Origin: Patescibacteria group bacterium
Lineage (GTDB): Bacteria > Patescibacteriota > Minisyncoccia > Phycocordibacterales > CSBR16-193
DNA length: 42,562 nucleotides
Reading direction: 5' to 3'
Assembly: GCA_051747785.1 (NCBI GenBank)
Contig: JBNJGN010000002.1
Span: 1-42,562, forward strand
The notes under the pieces were generated by a model, which did not search any database, was not told where the DNA came from, and saw nothing but the letters and a program-made list of their open reading frames with translations. A program made the position numbers and the translations under genes. The number at the start of each line of letters is the position of its first letter. The stretch's first letter is position 1. Below, piece by piece: positions 1 through 8,317 of this stretch.

Positions 1-1
1 T

Positions 2-364
2 ATTATTCCCAATCTCTTGGTTGAGGGTGTGCATAAAGAGCTCTCTTCAGCAAAAGCCCAGTTCGTGTATATAGGCAATATAATGACCAAGTTCGGAGAG
101 ACAGACGACTTTGATTCTTTTGATCTTATAGAGAAGATGGAGGAATTCCTGCCAAGGAGTTTGGATAAGGTGATCTTTAACAGCACTAGGCCGGAGAGTG
201 ATATACTCGAGAAATATAAAGAGCAGAAGTCTTTTTTTATTGAGCATCCTAGAGAGGAATCGGGAAATAGAGAATTAATAGTTGAGGATCTTCTAAGTGT
301 ATCGGGTGGCATCGTCAGACATGACCCTGAAAAGCTTGCCGGTCTCTTGGAGAGAATTTTGTAA
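2..364 (+). CDS. YvcK/CofD-family (UPF0052, gluconeogenesis-factor-like) protein, C-terminal fragment; the 5' end lies outside the window
   Basis: The frame is open from nt 2. The translated FVYIGNIMTKFGETDDFDSFDLIEKM resembles the conserved C-terminal N(V/I)MTQPGETD block of YvcK-type proteins. Stop TAA at 362-364. Confidence 0.7.
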   Translation: MIPNLLVEGVHKELSSAKAQFVYIGNIMTKFGETDDFDSFDLIEKMEEFLPRSLDKVIFNSTRPESDILEKYKEQKSFFIEHPREESGNRELIVEDLLSVSGGIVRHDPEKLAGLLERIL

Positions 365-372
365 TATCCAAT

Positions 373-1626
373 ATGTCCAGCGAAAAAATACCTTTTTCTT
401 TCGGAGAAGATGAAGATAAAAATGAGAAGACGGACTCCTTGTTAGATAATTTTGAGAATTATAAAGAAGCAAGGAGGAAAGAGGTTAAAAAAGAGCTAAC
501 CGAAGAGCAATTCTCTGAATTACTGTCATTTGAGTTTAAGAAGTTCGTTGCCGGCAATCCTCTAATTGAGGGAGTTTTTTCACCCGAAGAAGAGATACAA
601 GAGGTGCTTGAACTTTCAAATGAAGAAAAGAAGGCGAAGCTCGGGGAGTTCAGAGAAAAGTTGAGGAAACAGAAAGAGGCCTGGGCTAATTGTAGAATAT
701 TTATTGAAAGGTACATTGAATTTAATAACGATGTGCCGAAAAATTATCTTTTAAACCTTGTTGAACAATTCGGAGAGTATTATGGCTTTACCGAGGAGCA
801 AAAAAAAGATGCCGAGCATCTCATGGACATCTATTATCAAAAAAGGCAGGATGCTCTGGATATTCGTGAAAGATTTCCTGATGATCTTGACCTTATAGAG
901 GAATTAACCGGAGTAAGATTTGATGATTCTTCGGAGTTTGAGGTGAAAGTGGGCCCAGCGTCGGTAGATATTCAAACCAACAGTGAAAATGTGACCCTGG
1001 TAGATCAAAGAGCAAGGGGTGTAGAAATAGAGGAAGAAGAAAATGAAAGAGATGAAGAGATCTTGGTGAAAGGTTTTTTCCGTATCTCTCGTACGCACCC
1101 ACCTGTTTATTATACAGTTTTAAGTACCAGCGGGGGCTTTAGAGAGTTGCAAAAAGTAGATGTGCACGAGCAACAGCATATAAAGAATAGAATAGTAAGC
1201 AATATCTTTGAGGAAGATATTCCCGAGATAGAGAAGGATTATCTTATTGTTGGTCTTAATAAAGAAAACGACTCTGATGAGAGAGAAAGGATCCTTGATC
1301 GCTATTTAGATATGAAGATGAGCGAAGCTCTTGATAGGGTCAAGGATGAGATCATCTCTTTAAGTATTTCCGGACACAGCATTGAAGATCATGGTGTTTT
1401 TGATTTTGAAGAGAAAATAAAGATCAGAGAAGATCTCTTAAGGAGTGATAAAGAAAGAGGTCTTAAGGATCTTTATCTGGAAAAGTATGGTGAAGTGCTT
1501 AAAGAAGGAGTGGAGGCTTTTGGGAAGCTGGTGAGTTTGGGTTATTCTAAAAAAGAAGCGGTGTATTTGCTTGCGGATAAAGATCTACGGAAGTGGCCCA
1601 AGACAGTTAAAAGAATAAGCGGTTAG
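373..1626 (+). CDS. Hypothetical acidic (E/K/D-rich) protein, 417 aa, no recognisable family
   Basis: Long open frame in AT-rich DNA. A -10-like TGTAATAT at 360-367 lies just upstream of the ATG. It has no TM or signal sequence. A single HEQQH (1165-1179) is the only motif-like element. Confidence 0.6.
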   Translation: MSSEKIPFSFGEDEDKNEKTDSLLDNFENYKEARRKEVKKELTEEQFSELLSFEFKKFVAGNPLIEGVFSPEEEIQEVLELSNEEKKAKLGEFREKLRKQKEAWANCRIFIERYIEFNNDVPKNYLLNLVEQFGEYYGFTEEQKKDAEHLMDIYYQKRQDALDIRERFPDDLDLIEELTGVRFDDSSEFEVKVGPASVDIQTNSENVTLVDQRARGVEIEEEENERDEEILVKGFFRISRTHPPVYYTVLSTSGGFRELQKVDVHEQQHIKNRIVSNIFEEDIPEIEKDYLIVGLNKENDSDERERILDRYLDMKMSEALDRVKDEIISLSISGHSIEDHGVFDFEEKIKIREDLLRSDKERGLKDLYLEKYGEVLKEGVEAFGKLVSLGYSKKEAVYLLADKDLRKWPKTVKRISG

Positions 1627-1677
1627 ACATCAACCGCTGATCTGTGCTTTTGAAGTTCTTATTTTATGTTGTAAGAT

Positions 1678-2166
1678 ATGGTTATGTCGGCAAAAAGGTC
1701 AGCTATTTTGGAAAAAAAAGACAGAGTTGTGATACCGAGAACTTTTGATACTTATATGGCGGTTATAAAGAATTCTCCGGGAACAGAGATGTTCAAGAAT
1801 GTTTATGCTAATGTGGATGGTGAAAAGAAAGACATAACTGACAACGGTGACCTTTCTTGTGCCTTTTTTGTTTCTTCGGTTTTGGTGATATTTAAATTGA
1901 TAAAAGAGATACATATTACGGTCGCTTCAACGGTAGAGGATATGGAAAGAAACGGTTGGGTAGATACTGAGAACCCCGAGCCGGGCGATGTTGTCATCTG
2001 GGGTGAAGAGTATTCAAATAAGGATAAGCACAAACACATCGGCTTCTTTCTGGGGGGAGATAGGGCAATAAGTAATAGTAAATATAAAAGGCATCCAGTA
2101 GAGCATCCTCTGGATATGAACGATAGGAAAGTGGAGAGGTTTTTGAGAAACGGATCTCTGAAATGA
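1678..2166 (+). CDS. Putative NlpC/P60-like (papain-fold) hydrolase, 162 aa
   Basis: DLSCAFFVSSVL (candidate nucleophile Cys) and PGDVVIWGEE...HKHIGFFLGGDRAISNS (candidate His block) resemble NlpC/P60/CHAP catalytic blocks. TAAGAT at 1672-1677 suggests the second ATG (1684) may be the real start. Confidence 0.4.
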   Translation: MVMSAKRSAILEKKDRVVIPRTFDTYMAVIKNSPGTEMFKNVYANVDGEKKDITDNGDLSCAFFVSSVLVIFKLIKEIHITVASTVEDMERNGWVDTENPEPGDVVIWGEEYSNKDKHKHIGFFLGGDRAISNSKYKRHPVEHPLDMNDRKVERFLRNGSLK

Positions 2167-2200
2167 GTTTAGTTGAGGATTTCAAATTAAGTTTTAATTA

Positions 2201-2227
2201 AAAAAGAAGGCAGGATACCTTCTTTTT
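2201..2227. terminator. Bidirectional intrinsic terminator between convergent genes
   Basis: aaaagaagg (2202-2210), loop caggata, ccttctttt (2218-2226). The A-tract and T-tract flank the 9-bp stem, so it can serve both strands. Confidence 0.6.
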
Positions 2228-2272
2228 TAATTGAGGATTTTAAAAACCTGTGTATTCTATCTTCCTGTTTTT

Positions 2273-2590
2273 TTATTCTTTGTTTTGTAGGTACTGAAAC
2301 CTTTCCAGTTCTTCAGGGGTAAACTCTCTGTCAATCTGGGTCTTTCTTAGTTCTCTTAGCTCGTTTTCCTCTTCCTCGGTAAGCTTGGGGCCGGTCTTGG
2401 CCTCGCTTTCTTTTTGTTGCAGTCTTTGGAAATCCGCTCTTTCCTCGTCAGTTAGTTCTCCGTTTATTTGTTTTTTCCTGTAGTGATTTAATCTTTCCTG
2501 TTCATTAGGATCAAGGAGAGGTTCTCCTTCTTCCCAGACATCTTTATTAATATTTGTTTCATTGGTGTTTATTTTTTCAAAATTTTCCAT
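2273..2590 (-). CDS. Hypothetical acidic protein, 105 aa, with an internal ~28-aa duplication
   Basis: LNHYRKKQINGELTDEERADFQRLQQKE and LRELRKTQIDREFTPEELERFQYLQNKE are two copies of one unit. It is one of only two minus-strand protein genes. Confidence 0.55.
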   Translation of the reverse strand: MENFEKINTNETNINKDVWEEGEPLLDPNEQERLNHYRKKQINGELTDEERADFQRLQQKESEAKTGPKLTEEEENELRELRKTQIDREFTPEELERFQYLQNKE

Positions 2591-2639
2591 GATATTTAAA
2601 TGTATTAGTTAATTTTATTATAATCAATGTAAAAGACAT
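2577..2639 (-). CDS. Candidate 20-codon leader ORF (MSFTLIIIKLTNTFKYHGKF) with a canonical SD, overlapping the start of 2273..2590
   Basis: The minus strand reads GTAAGGAGGTGGAAAATG. GGAGG corresponds to + strand 2646-2650, with a 6-nt spacer and the ATG at 2639. Stop TGA at 2577-2579 overlaps the downstream ATG (2590) by 14 nt in another frame. Confidence 0.25.
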   Translation of the reverse strand: MSFTLIIIKLTNTFKYHGKF

Positions 2640-2815
2640 TTTCCACCTCCTTACTATCTTCTTGTTGTTTATTGCTGGCTTGTAGGGCGAGGGTGTTTTA
2701 TAATTAAGAGGATAGTTGATTATTAATTTACGGAAGGCAGACTTTTAACACGGCACTGTTTTAACGAACAGTTTTAATTTCAATCTTTAGTTGCCATCTA
2801 TTTATTATACAAAAA

Positions 2816-3592
2816 ATGAGTGAAATAGTTAATATTTATAGAAAAAATACGACAAATATCGGTGATGAGTTTTCTAATCCTGAAAAGTATTTTGATTTTT
2901 TAAAAAATATTGAGACTATAGAGTTTACAGAAATGTCTCCTGAGTATCTTGCCAAATATGTAGAGAATAAGAACGTCATACTTGGTGGAGGGGGATTACT
3001 GGAACAGGAATATTTTAAAGATCATATGAAGTTTTTACTTGATTCTGATTTCAAGAATTTAATTGGATGGGGTATTGGTCATAATATGCATGGACGTTTA
3101 GATGCTCTATTTAGCAGTTATGATTACTTAGATAAATTTGATCTTTTGGGAGTTAGAGACAGTGTGCCTATTTTTGATTGGGTTCCTTGTTCTAGTTGTA
3201 TGCATTTTTTCTTTGATAAAGATTATGGAATAAAAAATGATATAGTTATTTATGAACATGAAAATTTTCCACTTAAAGAATGGAATACAGATTTTCCCAA
3301 AAAAAAGAACAGCGACTCTTTTGAGGAAGTTGTGGAATTTTTAGGCAGTGCTCTATTAGTTATAACTAATAGTTATCATGGAGCATATTGGGCAACTCTG
3401 TTAGGGAGAAGAGTTTTGATTGTACAACCTTTTTCTTCCAAGTTTTTTAATTTTAAGCACCCATTGGTTGTTGCTAATAATTTTGATATTAAAGATATAG
3501 AAAATTTGCCGGTTTATCCAAAAGCGTTGGAGGAATGCAGAGAAAGAAATGTTAAATTTGCTGAACTGGTGCGAGATTTGATTATTCATTAA
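2816..3592 (+). CDS. Polysaccharide pyruvyl transferase-family protein (CsaB-like), 258 aa
   Basis: A GGGGLL motif and a C-terminal VITNSYHGAYWATLLGRRVLIV block resemble the two conserved blocks of the PS_pyruv_trans family. Confidence 0.5.
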   Translation: MSEIVNIYRKNTTNIGDEFSNPEKYFDFLKNIETIEFTEMSPEYLAKYVENKNVILGGGGLLEQEYFKDHMKFLLDSDFKNLIGWGIGHNMHGRLDALFSSYDYLDKFDLLGVRDSVPIFDWVPCSSCMHFFFDKDYGIKNDIVIYEHENFPLKEWNTDFPKKKNSDSFEEVVEFLGSALLVITNSYHGAYWATLLGRRVLIVQPFSSKFFNFKHPLVVANNFDIKDIENLPVYPKALEECRERNVKFAELVRDLIIH

Positions 3593-3645
3593 ATTATATA
3601 GTTTTAGTTCATTTTAATACTCGTTAAATTACTTCAGGGCTTCTT

Positions 3646-4530
3646 ATGTTCAAATTTTCAAAACAGGAATTTTTCAAGGTTCTGTTGGTTTTAGGGGCTT
3701 TAGTTCTTATTTTAGCCTTTTTTCTGTATCGTGCCGGTGGTATTTTTACAGATGAAGAGGATCGCCGTGACACACCTCCTGTAACACAAGAGAACACCAT
3801 TCATTTTTCAAAAGCACCGGATAATGTCGGCGAAGAGCTTTGGGTTTTCGGTGAGTTAGATCATGTATTTCTCTCTAACAATGGCAATTACTTTTTGAAC
3901 TTCTGTTCTGATTTCAGGGAATGTTCTTTTAATGGTGTTATTTTTTCTAAATACGCGCATCTTTTTGACGATATTGAATCTTGGTCGGGTCAAGAGATCT
4001 ATATTTACGGAACCGTTGGAACTTATGAAGGAAGACCTCAGATAATAGTTGAAAAGAGTGAGCAGATAAAAGTGGATACGGAAAAGATCCCTGAAGAGAG
4101 TGGCGGAGATTTGGTGGAGGTGGTCAGTGTCATAGATGGTGATACCTTTTTGGCTGAAATTAACGGGAAGACAGAATCGGTTAGGCTTATAGGGATTGAT
4201 GCGCCGGAATTGGAAGGACCCCACTCCACTGAGGAGTGTTATGGGCAGGAAGCGGCGGTTTTTTTGGAAGACCTTATAAGTGATAGGGGTGTGGTTTTAA
4301 GGAGAGGAGAAGAGGTGTCTGACAGGGATAGATACGGGAGGCTGCTTCGTTTTGTTCATACTGATGAGGGGGAGGAGGTTAACGCTTTGATGATAGAGAG
4401 AGGTTACGCTTTCGTTTACGGGGCGGAGGATTTTACTAAAATGGGGGATTTCAAGGAAATGGAAGATGAAGCACGCATCTCTCGCAGAGGACTTTGGAGC
4501 GATGAGTGTGAGTACTATTTTCAATACTAA
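3646..4530 (+). CDS. Membrane-anchored thermonuclease (SNase/micrococcal nuclease family) with an N-terminal OB-fold-like domain
   Basis: N-terminal TM (VLLVLGALVLILAFFLY). SNase blocks VVSVIDGDTFLAEINGKTESVRLIGIDAPE, RYGRLLRFVH and NALMIERGYA. Confidence 0.85.
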   Translation: MFKFSKQEFFKVLLVLGALVLILAFFLYRAGGIFTDEEDRRDTPPVTQENTIHFSKAPDNVGEELWVFGELDHVFLSNNGNYFLNFCSDFRECSFNGVIFSKYAHLFDDIESWSGQEIYIYGTVGTYEGRPQIIVEKSEQIKVDTEKIPEESGGDLVEVVSVIDGDTFLAEINGKTESVRLIGIDAPELEGPHSTEECYGQEAAVFLEDLISDRGVVLRRGEEVSDRDRYGRLLRFVHTDEGEEVNALMIERGYAFVYGAEDFTKMGDFKEMEDEARISRRGLWSDECEYYFQY

Positions 4531-4581
4531 TAGGCCTTAGGTAAGCGGGATTTTGTACTGTTAGAGCGGATCGTTCAGCCG

Positions 4582-4590
4582 TGTTATAAT
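4582..4590 (+). promoter_or_regulatory. Extended -10 box TGTTATAAT, 8 nt upstream of ATG 4599
   Basis: Exact TGnTATAAT match. Its position implies a (near-)leaderless transcript. Confidence 0.45.
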
Positions 4591-4598
4591 GGAGATTA

Positions 4599-5531
4599 AT
4601 GGATAATTATAAGATAAATTACGAAGAACCTTCCGAGAATAAGAGTTATCTGCCCTTTCTTCTTACCGTTTTGGCTGTGGTGATAGTGGCGGGCGGAGCT
4701 TTAGGAGCCATTGAGATTTACTCTCTTAAGATAGAGATGGATAGACTGCGAACTTCATACCAAAACAGGGTTATGGATCTCGGATCTGAGATATTTTCTC
4801 TTAACCGAGAGAGGAAGGAACTCATGAATATTAATGAGGATCTAAGAAGAGACTTGAAAGAAGAACAGCGAACAGTCGGCTCGCTTTTGGATAGATTGGA
4901 AGAGGTGACCGGAGAGGTAGAAGAGATCAGGAAATTACAGGAGATAGATCCGGAGCTTTTGAAAAAGTATTCAAAGGTTTACTTTTTGAATGAGAATTAT
5001 GAACCTTCGGGTCTTGAGGAGATACCGGATAAGTATTTGGCCGTTACCAGAGATGAAGCGTATTTTCATGAGAAGGCATGGCCTTTCTTGCAGAGGATGT
5101 TAAGAAGCGCTGACAGAAGAGGTTTTGAACCCAGAGTCGTTTCCGGTTTTCGCTCTTTTGAAGAGCAGTCTGAACTTAAGCAGAAATATAACGTTATATA
5201 CGGAGAAGGATCCGCTAACCAATTTTCTGCTTCTCAAGGATACTCTGAGCATCAGCTAGGCACCGCGGTGGATCTTTCTGTGGAAGAAATGGAAGGGGCG
5301 CTGGGTGGATTTGATAATACGGAATTTTATGAATGGTTAAAAGATAACGCTCATAGGCATGGGTTTGTTTTATCTTATCCCGAGAATAATCCGTCTTATC
5401 AATTTGAGCCATGGCATTGGCGATTTGTGGGGGTAGATCTCGCTAAGGAGCTTCATGAGAGGGATATGTATTTTTATGATATGGAACAGAGAAAGATAGA
5501 TGATTATAGGATCAAACTTTTTGATCGGTGA
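4599..5531 (+). CDS. D-alanyl-D-alanine carboxypeptidase, VanY/peptidase M15B family, with N-terminal TM and coiled coil
   Basis: SGFRSFEEQ, SEHQLGTAVDL and EPWHWRF are the Zn-ligand and catalytic blocks of VanY-type peptidases. TM at LPFLLTVLAVVIVAGGALGAI. Confidence 0.85.
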   Translation: MDNYKINYEEPSENKSYLPFLLTVLAVVIVAGGALGAIEIYSLKIEMDRLRTSYQNRVMDLGSEIFSLNRERKELMNINEDLRRDLKEEQRTVGSLLDRLEEVTGEVEEIRKLQEIDPELLKKYSKVYFLNENYEPSGLEEIPDKYLAVTRDEAYFHEKAWPFLQRMLRSADRRGFEPRVVSGFRSFEEQSELKQKYNVIYGEGSANQFSASQGYSEHQLGTAVDLSVEEMEGALGGFDNTEFYEWLKDNAHRHGFVLSYPENNPSYQFEPWHWRFVGVDLAKELHERDMYFYDMEQRKIDDYRIKLFDR

Positions 5532-5600
5532 TCTCCCGGTCGGTGTTATAATTTATGATATCCTTAATAGATAGCAGGAAAAGATCAGGGGATCGTATTT

Positions 5601-6545
5601 ATGGCTAAAAAAATAACAAGAGATTCTATAATAGCCGGAGTGCTTGTAGCTTTTACGGTTGGGTTGATGGTTTTGGTTTTTAGTATCTTTGAGGATGCTG
5701 TCGGACATGGCATAGCCATTGCTTCTCTGGCGGCTACTACAACCATAGTTGTCTTTCAGCATCGTACTCGGGCGGGGGATCCTAAAACCGTTGTTATCGG
5801 TTACGTGACGGCTGCGGCTATAGGTGTACTGGTGGGATTTTTACCGGAGTCTCTTTTGGTTTTACAGGTGCTATTGGGTGTAGTGGTGTTAATAGTTATT
5901 CTTTTTACTTTAGATCGTATGCACCCGCCTGCTGCCGCTTACCTTTTCGGTTTTATACTTGGAGATTATGGTTTTGTAGAGTTTTTTTTGACACTTATGG
6001 CCTTAATGGCCTTTTTTGTTTCCTTGGCGGTAACGGTCTTTCTCATAGAACAGGTCTCTCTCTTAGTTGGTTTTTCAAAGAAAGAGGGTGGAGAAAAAGG
6101 GAAGCCAAAAACCTATTTCGGCTTAATGGAGTATTATGTAGATAAAGCCGTACCTTTTTTATTGGTCTTGCTTTTCGCTTCAATACTCTCGCAATTTTTG
6201 TATCCCGAAGTGTTAGAACCTTTTGGTCCTTACTTTGATATGGTAGATCAGGTAGTGATTCTTTTTCTGATCGTTGATCTGGGGTTTAAATTCAAAGAAG
6301 CTTCTTCAGCCACGTCTTTTTTCCGTCGTTATTGGTTGGAATTGATCGCCGTTTTACCTTTTTTTATCGTGGTCCGTGCATTTCAGGGGTTGGCAGTTTC
6401 AGCTGAATTCTTGACCAAGGGGGCTCTTAGTATCCCCGTGGGTTCACAGACTTTCCTGCGGTTTCTTCGGCCCATGGCACGTTTCCCTAGATTTTTAAGA
6501 ATGCTTGATAATCTGGAGTCTCTCGGTGGTTTTAATAAAAAGTGA
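5601..6545 (+). CDS. Membrane protein: N-terminal HPP-family domain fused to a C-terminal voltage-sensor-like (S1-S4) domain without a pore
   Basis: The N-terminal 4-TM half contains the DRMHPPAAAY motif. The C-terminal half has S2-like FDMVDQVVILFLIVDLGFKF, S3-like YWLELIAVLPFF and S4-like FLRFLRPMARFPRFLRML. The ORF ends about 14 aa after the S4-like segment. Confidence 0.7.
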   Translation: MAKKITRDSIIAGVLVAFTVGLMVLVFSIFEDAVGHGIAIASLAATTTIVVFQHRTRAGDPKTVVIGYVTAAAIGVLVGFLPESLLVLQVLLGVVVLIVILFTLDRMHPPAAAYLFGFILGDYGFVEFFLTLMALMAFFVSLAVTVFLIEQVSLLVGFSKKEGGEKGKPKTYFGLMEYYVDKAVPFLLVLLFASILSQFLYPEVLEPFGPYFDMVDQVVILFLIVDLGFKFKEASSATSFFRRYWLELIAVLPFFIVVRAFQGLAVSAEFLTKGALSIPVGSQTFLRFLRPMARFPRFLRMLDNLESLGGFNKK

Positions 6546-6556
6546 AGATATAATTT

Positions 6557-7144
6557 ATGGAATTAAAAAGACCAGAATCAGATCAGCCTATTCCGGAAAA
6601 CGCCGATATGGTTTTCAGAGGTGAGCTTTTTGAGGTCTATCAGTGGGAAGAGGAGACTTTTGATGGCAGTAAGCTTATTTTTGAAAAGGTAAAAAGACCC
6701 GATACTGTAGTGGTGTTTCCGGTGCTTAAAGATGGCAGAGTGGTACTCGCTCACCAGGAGCAGCCCGGGAAGAAACCATTTATGAGCGCTTTGGGAGGAA
6801 GAGTTAATGAAAAGGAAGATGTTCTGGTCGCGGCAGAGAGGGAGCTTTTAGAAGAAAGCGGGTATGAAGCGGAAAAGTTCATTTTATGGGGGGTCGAGCA
6901 CCCGGTCTCCAAAGTTGATTGGGTGGTGTATACTTTCGTTGCCAAGGGGGTAGAGAGGGTAAAAGAACCCGAGCTTGAGAGTGGAGAGAGAATAGAGACA
7001 AAACCGGTTGCTTTTGATGAGTTTATAGAAGTTGTTTTGCGTGATGATTTTTCCGAGAAAATGGCCTGGAGGAAGGTTATGGAAGCCAAGGCCTCTTCGG
7101 AGAAGATGGCGGAGCTCAGGGAGCTTTTTGATCCGTCCGTTTGA
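6557..7144 (+). CDS. NUDIX hydrolase (ADP-ribose pyrophosphatase-like)
   Basis: Nudix box GGRVNEKEDVLVAAERELLEESGY. Confidence 0.85.
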   Translation: MELKRPESDQPIPENADMVFRGELFEVYQWEEETFDGSKLIFEKVKRPDTVVVFPVLKDGRVVLAHQEQPGKKPFMSALGGRVNEKEDVLVAAERELLEESGYEAEKFILWGVEHPVSKVDWVVYTFVAKGVERVKEPELESGERIETKPVAFDEFIEVVLRDDFSEKMAWRKVMEAKASSEKMAELRELFDPSV

Positions 7145-7172
7145 CTTTTATGTGATAACCGAAATTATTTAA

Positions 7173-8264
7173 ATGATAAAAGTCGGCACTGTTAAGATCA
7201 AGCAATTTTATTCCCGTTATGAGCGCTTTCTCATTCCGGGGGCCCTTCTTTTTGGTGTCATAACTGACGCTTTGCTTTTTAGCTCTATAAATTTTCGTTT
7301 TGCTTTTACAATCCTGTTCTTGCATTTTACTGTTTCCGGTTTGGTCATTGCTTTTATTCATTTATATAATGAGGGCTTTTTAAGGTATGGGAAAGTGTTA
7401 AGGCTGTTAAGGATCTTTTCTCCGCTTGTATTGCAGTATACTTTCGGTGCGCTTTTATCGGGCTTTTTAATATTCTATTGGTTCTCAAGCTCCTTTATGG
7501 CAAGCTGGCCTTTTATATTCATCATCGTGGTCTTGATGGTCTCCAATGATCTTCTTAGGCGTTACTATCTTTGGATGTATGTTCAGGTGGGGGTGTACTT
7601 TTTTATAACCTTTTCTCTGTTCGTTCTGGTGTTGCCCTTTATTGTAAAGAGTGTTGGAACCGTAGTCTTCTTAGCTGGCGGGGTTCTAAGTCTTTTTGTT
7701 ATCGCTTTATATCTATATGCTCTTTCACGTTTTTTGCCCAAGATATATGAAAAAAGGCGTGGTCTTGTTTCTATTGTGGCGTCTATCTTTATTCTTATGA
7801 ATGTTATGTACTTTACCAATATCATTCCGCCGGTCCCGCTTAATTTGCGCGAAGCCGAAGTGGCGCATTTTATTGAAAGAGATAATGGAGATTACCTTTT
7901 AAAAACAGAAGACAAAGACTTTTTTGCTTATCTCATTCCGGGTAAAAGAGTACATCTTACAAAAGGAGATAGACTGTATTTCTTTTCCTCGGTTTTTGCT
8001 CCGGTTTGGTTGGGAGCAGATATAGTTCATCACTGGCAGTATTATGATAGTGATCAGAGTAAATGGACCACTCGTAGCCGAGTGAGTTTTCCTATAGTTG
8101 GAGGAAGGGAAGAGGGGTATAGGGGTTACTCTTTTATTGAAAATGTTACCGGTGGTAAATGGAGGGTTTTGGTAGAGAACTCTCGTGGTCAGGTTATCGG
8201 CAAAGAGGGTTTTAAGGTTAAGATGGTGGATGAAAAACCTTCTTTTATATTTGAAAAACGCTAG
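7173..8264 (+). CDS. Polytopic membrane protein with a C-terminal soluble beta-rich domain (DUF2914-like)
   Basis: About 7 hydrophobic helices precede VHHWQYYDSDQSKWTTRSRVSFPIVGGREEGYRGYSF...GKWRVLVENSRGQVIG. From memory this resembles the H-W...G-W-R-V pattern of DUF2914. Confidence 0.5.
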   Translation: MIKVGTVKIKQFYSRYERFLIPGALLFGVITDALLFSSINFRFAFTILFLHFTVSGLVIAFIHLYNEGFLRYGKVLRLLRIFSPLVLQYTFGALLSGFLIFYWFSSSFMASWPFIFIIVVLMVSNDLLRRYYLWMYVQVGVYFFITFSLFVLVLPFIVKSVGTVVFLAGGVLSLFVIALYLYALSRFLPKIYEKRRGLVSIVASIFILMNVMYFTNIIPPVPLNLREAEVAHFIERDNGDYLLKTEDKDFFAYLIPGKRVHLTKGDRLYFFSSVFAPVWLGADIVHHWQYYDSDQSKWTTRSRVSFPIVGGREEGYRGYSFIENVTGGKWRVLVENSRGQVIGKEGFKVKMVDEKPSFIFEKR

Positions 8265-8299
8265 CAGGTATCCCTTGTTAATAAAAATGATATTTCTCG

Positions 8300-8308
8300 T
8301 GTTATTAT
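8300..8308 (+). promoter_or_regulatory. Extended -10-like box TGTTATTAT, 9 nt upstream of ATG 8318
   Basis: TGnTAnnAT match directly before the efflux operon. It favours ATG 8318 over GTG 8309 as the start. Confidence 0.4.
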
Positions 8309-8317
8309 GTGAGTAAT

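Noticed and set aside
1165-1179. An HEQQH (HExxH) motif in the 417-aa acidic hypothetical protein, as evidence for a zinc metalloprotease.
   Set aside because: A five-residue pattern alone is expected by chance. No downstream third-ligand motif or protease-like context was recognised.
5555-5608. A 17-codon ORF starting 3 nt after the TGTTATAAT box (5544-5552) and overlapping the HPP-VSD gene start.
   Set aside because: The ATG lies upstream of where transcription from that -10 box would start. It has no SD, so it is probably not translated.
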